NCBI GenBank assembly: GCA_030704615.1
Contig: CM060733.1
Location: forward strand, 16,864,001 to 16,928,000
Length of the DNA stretch: 64,000 nucleotides
Source of the DNA: Takakia lepidozioides
Lineage: Eukaryota > Plantae > Bryophyta
Direction of reading: 5' to 3'
Shown here: piece by piece, positions 58,901-64,000 of the stretch
Layout: each line of letters opens with the position of its first letter
Numbering within the stretch: the stretch's first letter is position 1
Notes under the pieces: generated by a model
What the model was told of the DNA's origin: nothing
The model's input: the letters and a program-made list of their open reading frames with translations, nothing else
Databases searched by the model: none
Translations under genes and position numbers: made by a program

Positions 58901-60005
58901 ATCTCCGTGCAACAGGTCCGTGCTCCTTGAGTGTTGAATTCCCCATGGATGCAAGTTTTGGCCTGCCTTGCCGTTTATGCATTTGACAGAGGTACAGACA
59001 CATAAACACATATATACGAAGACAGAGAGGTTACTGCCATCCTTTTAACACAGGATATGACTGATTCAGGCTACCTAGTTGTTATCCATGTACACCAAGA
59101 AAGATAGGAAACTGGAGCAAAGTCTATCTGACAATCAAACATAACACAGCCTCGCAAAGTTCTAGCATGTAGATCAATGCATGAGGAAGTAGTACGGAAA
59201 ACCTGTCAGCTTATGCCCTTGACCCTAGGCCATGTCTGTCAATCTCTAGTTTCACCCATCCATTTGATAGAGCTTTCCTCCCTTGATATATGCAGACTGA
59301 ACTGCTTCTCTTTTTACCCCACACCTTTGAGGCGTGGAAAGGTCCATGGGAAGAGATCATAGGCATTAAGGAGCCACCAACTCAAGCCTTTTAATGATAT
59401 GAAAGTTGCATGTGGTGCATCGTCTCACGCTCAGAATTGAGAGAGGTCTAAGGCTGGCATGAGGAAGGTCTTGCACTAAATGAAGCTTTATAAGCTAAAT
59501 CCTCGATATCTAGGATCCGGCCTTCGGAAAGCATGAGTATGGACAAGTGGATAAAGGCAAACTGTACGAAGAGAATGTACTCATGCTGTTCCCTGCGAGG
59601 GTTGGCTTGCCATATAGCCTTGCAGCCATTGGCCCCAAGAAAGTGTACTCATAAGACGACGTTTGCCGTAGCCTTGTGTGGCCATTCACCGCGTGCTCGG
59701 TTTGTGCGGAACACGAAGGGACAGAAACTACCTTTGTCAGGGGCTGACACCAGTAGTATGACTTACCTTTGAAACAGACAATTGATCCCAGTTTCCCAGA
59801 TATCCTCTCCAAATCCCTTTACACAAGCATCGATCTGCTGTGTGTGGTTTGCCCAAATAACTAGGCCCCAACAGGGCCTGGGCTTTTGGCTCAGCCTCGA
59901 GACTTTCAAAGTTGGTAAACAGAGGTACAGGCACAATTCCCTGGATGGATTTGAAGAGGACATCTCTCTGGTGAGAGTACCCAGGTGAGAGTACCCATTG
60001 ACCCC

Positions 60006-60056
<51 letters not shown>

Positions 60057-61250
60057 TGCTTGGCGTAAAGTTGCAGCTGTAGACTTGAAGTGGGAAGTTG
60101 CAGCTCCACAAGTTGTTGTAGACTTGAACTCCCCGAGAGAAAATGAGCGAAGATTGTGCTCATGGTGTAGATGCGAAGTGCACAATGTGTGATAGAGGTC
60201 AACTCGTATAAAAGGATCTTGTACATTGAAGTTTGGCTTTCCAGAAGTTTGTTTTTGGACGTTTCAAATTAGGGGCTAATGTGGGTATTGAAAAATGATT
60301 GCAGACCTGAGACCACAGGGCACCATAATACGGCATGATATTGTGGAGGCAGGCCCCATCCCTCAGCAACTACACCATCAGGGTGACCCATGTTGGTCTG
60401 CTTTCCAAATCACAACTTGTCATGGTCTACGGCTCGAGTGCTCCTCAGTGATGAAGCTCCAGGTGTCTTTTCTGTTCTCGCCTGAGATCTCGTTTTGTAG
60501 CCTCCATTTGAGATTTATAATGAGTGTCAAAAGTTGGTTTCTGAGGATGGTAGGCCTGATGGATGGCGGTTGGGTGTTGTTTGGTGAAAGGTGGAGTGCT
60601 GGTTGTCAGCTATATGTGCAGGCTACAACTATCGCAATGATACAAAATTGAGTCCACCTGTAGAGAGTTCTCTTTCATTTTCCGCTGCATGGCTCAAAGT
60701 TTTACCACCTTTGCAAGATTCAGATCCACACAATGGGTATGCTGCCGTTTCTCTGGTGTTTGTAGAGCGAGGTCTGTCCTTCCTTCGGGGCTCAAGAATG
60801 CGCTGTTTTAGTTTTGGCTTTTCTCAGGTGTGGAGAATGCTGAGCTCGTCATGTCTTATGAGCTGAAACCTATTAATCAAACTTTTCATTCATGGTGCTA
60901 TGTATCAAACACTGATTCACACTCTTTTCTTTTGAAACAGTGAAGAAGGTGCTCTTTTTGGAGAGGATTAGTTGGCGTTGCAGCATGCCCACATCTTGAT
61001 GATTCAATACAACATGCACCAAAGTCAGGGACTGAGCTGGCATTGCCGGAAGGAGTTGGAAGCGGCCTAGATGAATGCAAGCCAAGGAATGTGAGGTGAG
61101 GAAAGAATGCGAAAGAAATTCAAGTGACCCTCATGAAGCCAGAGGCAGGTTTTAAGCACCTCCTTATATTGTGCTTAGGTTACAGGTGCAAAGGACTTGG
61201 AAAGTGGACTCTGCCTGCAATGGCCGAGTTGCAATTTTGCATAATGTCAC
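55944..61250 (+). CDS. Uncharacterised plant coiled-coil/PH-domain protein with a SAM-like N-terminus. Exons about 55944-56148, 56769-56881, 57082-57302, 57753-57855, 58034-58116, 58270-58333, 58801-58915, 60305-60462, 60591-60771, plus uncertain 3' exons
   Basis: The spliced product includes WSLEQVRSWLE…FYKEGVDGLSLLTL (SAM-like), LEALEREVQSLR (coiled coil) and AGYLETRMRWKALPGEPPVDETDVDDWVLRFLVLRGSSICFYLRATDLRPQGTI…FQITTCHGLRLECSS..KLQVECWLSAI (PH). Confidence 0.78.
59570..60051 (-). mobile_element. Copy of the LINE-like 3' fragment family next to a (GA)n microsatellite of about 21 units
   Basis: Same unit as 13728-14772; the (GA)n tract lies at about 60009-60052. Confidence 0.65.
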
Positions 61251-62172
61251 CCATGTCAGCAATACATCATTACTTCAGATGGGGACAAAAGGATTGGAAG
61301 ATCGGTCAGAGAACAAGCAGATTGGCTATGAGACTTAGACCCGTGGAAGTGAAGCTTCCACATTATACATATAAAGAGTTTTTACATCCTTCTTCTAAGC
61401 TGAATGAAAGCCATAACATAACAGAGGCGGAGGTATGGGGTATAGTCACCAAGTTGAAAAGTATTAAATGCCACCTTCCTGTGCCTGCAAATTACTGGGG
61501 CACTGCCACTATCAGTATATGTAATACTAGTTATGCCTCTTCAATATACACCCCCTCCCCCAGTTAGCCTTGTATATGTCTGTGTAGGCTTGGTTGGTGA
61601 TCAGTTGCGTTCCTTCCACCTTTTAATTCTTAAGGAAAAAAGTTGGGAAGTCCACGGGGCCACTAAACCCATCTCCTCAAAAGACTCAGATCTCTTTGGA
61701 GGTCTTCAGAAACATAGACAATGTTGTTCATGCAAAATATTGGGATCATTGACCTTTCGATTTTAGCATGGTGTAAGTTGAATGGTCTGCTGGACATTCA
61801 GTTAATATCATTGTCTAATGAAGTCTTCACATGAATGGATGTCAAATATGAACCAAGAAACTAAATGACTTAATGACCCAGTTTCTCTTTTGGGGGCAAA
61901 ACTTGATTGTTGTCAAGCTTTCAGCAGGATCTTCCTCATTCCTACCTATACTTCCAGTTGATTTACAACTCCTGCGACAAAATAAATGCTACTGTTTGAC
62001 CATTGTGATCACCACAATGGCCGGTTCAGAGGGAGTGCAGCACAAGCTGTGATACTAAATGACAAATTTCAGATTTCAAATGGACTCTTTCCACACGAAA
62101 ACATTGGCGAATTGTGAACATTTCTGGACTTGCGTTTGACCCATGCAGGTTTTTTCATGCCTGTTACCTGTT

Positions 62173-64000
62173 TCACCAGTAATCCCCACAAGAGCAAACC
62201 CCCTCTTGGAAGTGGTGAAAGCGGTATGCATCCCGGACAACAACTTCTCTCTCAACAATCTTCGAGATGAACTTGGTGGCAGAGTGGCAGTCACCACAGA
62301 CCCGAAGATTCTTGATGATACGGATAGGTGTCCCAGGGGCTGTGCTGATGAGCCCAAAAGCAATGGCCAGCCTCTCACTGTGATGGCACAGAGAAAATTC
62401 CTTTTGCTCCTCCTCCAAATCGTACAATGCAAAGCGTGTGTCAGGTTCGTAACCGGCCTCCTTCATTCGTCCAGACAATCTCCTCAGCTCAGCATGGATC
62501 TCCTCAATTTGTGGATGCAATTTGTCTTCTGCAACAAACGTATGCACCTGATTGTCAACCTCAATGGAGCTGCACCCTGGCTCCTTTCTGATACCTCTGT
62601 CCTCCATCATTTTCCTCACCTTTGCTGCATCATCCCACCTGCCAGCTGCAGCATAGACGTTTGATAGCAAGACATAAGCTCCAGAGTGCTGTGGCTCCAA
62701 CTTCAGAAAACCTTTGGCAGCACGTTCTGCTAACTCCACCTTGCCATGAATTTTGCAGGCACCAAGCAAAGCCCCCCACACCAAAGCATCTGGTTCAATG
62801 GGCATTTTATTGATGAACTCCTCTGCCTCCTCAATCCGTCCTGCACGGCCAAAAATGTCCACCATGCAGCCAAAATGCTCAATTGTAGGTGTAAGGTCAT
62901 GATCTCCATTGATTGAATCAAAGTAGTGACGGGCTTCATCCACGAGGCCCACGTGGCTGCATGCAGAGAGTAACGATATGAATGTGATACTGTTCGGCTT
63001 AAATCCTTCCCATTGCATTTGTTCAAATAGTTGCAAGGCCTCTCTACCAAACCCATTCTGGGCACATCCTTTGATCATACCACTCCATGAGACCAAATCC
63101 CGTTTAGCAATATTGTCAAACACTCGCTGCGCATCTGTCATACTTCCACATTTGGCATACATGTCAACAAGGGCATTGTCTAAATTAATGTATGATGCAA
63201 TCCCAGCCATGATTATGTCAGCATGGACCTCTTTTCCCTTTTCGAGGGCTCCTAGGTTGGCACATGCATTGATAACACTAATGAAAGCGACGCTGTCAGC
63301 TGTTACACCTTCCTGTTGCATTTGTTTATAGGTTCTGAAAGCCTCTCTACCATGACCATCCTGGGCATATCCTGCGATCATCGTACTCCATGAGAACACG
63401 TTTCGTTTAGCCATACTGTCAAACACTTCACGTGCATCCTTCATGCTCCCACATTTTGCGTACATGTCAACAAGGGCGGTGTCTAAAATAATCTCTGGTG
63501 AAGTTACTGCTTTGATGATATCAGCATGGACCTCCTTTCCCTTATCCAGAGCTCCTAGACTTGCACACGCAGTCAGAACACTAGTGAATGTGACCCTATC
63601 AGGCGTCACCCCTTCCTGTTGCATTTGCTCATACATCTTGAAAGCTTCCTCACTACACTCATGCTGAACATATCCTGCAATCATCGTACTCCATGAGACT
63701 ACATCTCGTTTAGCCATATTACCAAATACTTGGTGTGCATCCTTCATGCTCCCACATTTGGCATACATGTCCACAAGTGCGTTCTCCAAAGTAATGACGG
63801 GAAGAATGTCAGCTTTCATGATGTCAGCATGGACCTCTTTGCCTTTTTCCAGGGCTCCTAGGCTTGCACATGCATTGACAACACAGATGGACGTGACCCT
63901 GTTCGGCATCCACCCTTCCACTTGCATTTGCTTGTAGATCTTCAAAGCCTCCCCACCACACCCATGCTGGGCATATCCTGCAATCATGACGTTCCATGAG
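62173..64000 (-). CDS. PLS-class pentatricopeptide repeat protein with E1-E2-DYW domain (organellar C-to-U RNA editing factor); 5' end outside the window
   Basis: Intronless ORF of at least 604 aa with P-L-S triplets (ALVDMYAKCGS, DVVSWSTMI), PG box PGCSSIEV, HSERLA, CGDC and terminal DYW. Confidence 0.97.
   Translation of the reverse strand, partial: SWNVMIAGYAQHGCGGEALKIYKQMQVEGWMPNRVTSICVVNACASLGALEKGKEVHADIMKADILPVITLENALVDMYAKCGSMKDAHQVFGNMAKRDVVSWSTMIAGYVQHECSEEAFKMYEQMQQEGVTPDRVTFTSVLTACASLGALDKGKEVHADIIKAVTSPEIILDTALVDMYAKCGSMKDAREVFDSMAKRNVFSWSTMIAGYAQDGHGREAFRTYKQMQQEGVTADSVAFISVINACANLGALEKGKEVHADIIMAGIASYINLDNALVDMYAKCGSMTDAQRVFDNIAKRDLVSWSGMIKGCAQNGFGREALQLFEQMQWEGFKPNSITFISLLSACSHVGLVDEARHYFDSINGDHDLTPTIEHFGCMVDIFGRAGRIEEAEEFINKMPIEPDALVWGALLGACKIHGKVELAERAAKGFLKLEPQHSGAYVLLSNVYAAAGRWDDAAKVRKMMEDRGIRKEPGCSSIEVDNQVHTFVAEDKLHPQIEEIHAELRRLSGRMKEAGYEPDTRFALYDLEEEQKEFSLCHHSERLAIAFGLISTAPGTPIRIIKNLRVCGDCHSATKFISKIVEREVVVRDAYRFHHFQEGVCSCGDYW

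Noticed and set aside
62076-63937. ORFs overlapping the PPR gene in other frames or on the opposite strand
   Set aside because: They are shadow ORFs of the repetitive PPR coding sequence.

Overview
Eukaryotic land-plant nuclear DNA, most likely a bryophyte (inferred from the moss-type MIKC* MADS remnant, CRE-type LINE, PLS-DYW PPR and moss-like repeat families; the species cannot be determined). There are six recognisable host genes: PSF1/GINS1 (+, 7292-9427), HCF173 (+, 11117-19224), RBL15-type rhomboid protease (-, about 45620-50782), thioredoxin x (+, 51428-53279), a SAM/coiled-coil/PH-domain gene (+, 55944 to about 61250) and a PLS-class PPR-DYW editing factor (-, runs off the window). 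The left end holds a degenerate Ty3/Gypsy element and a CRE-type RLE non-LTR element. The interval from about 21 to 45 kb is a gene-free nest of transposons. Its highlights are: (1) a short LTR (about 141 bp) built around a tRNA-like cloverleaf with Pol III A/B boxes, present twice and bracketing a 15-kb nest, apparently a tRNA analogue of the 5S-carrying Cassandra TRIMs; (2) an 11.7-kb CACTA transposon whose TnpA-like ORF2 has an FCP1/NIF (CTD-phosphatase-like HAD) domain embedded in it; (3) a MIKC*-type MADS-box remnant inserted into a Copia LTR with an 11-bp TSD, ending in a 3' module shared with a tRNA-headed SINE. Exon boundaries were read by eye and protein identities come from recalled motifs. 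No database searches were run.
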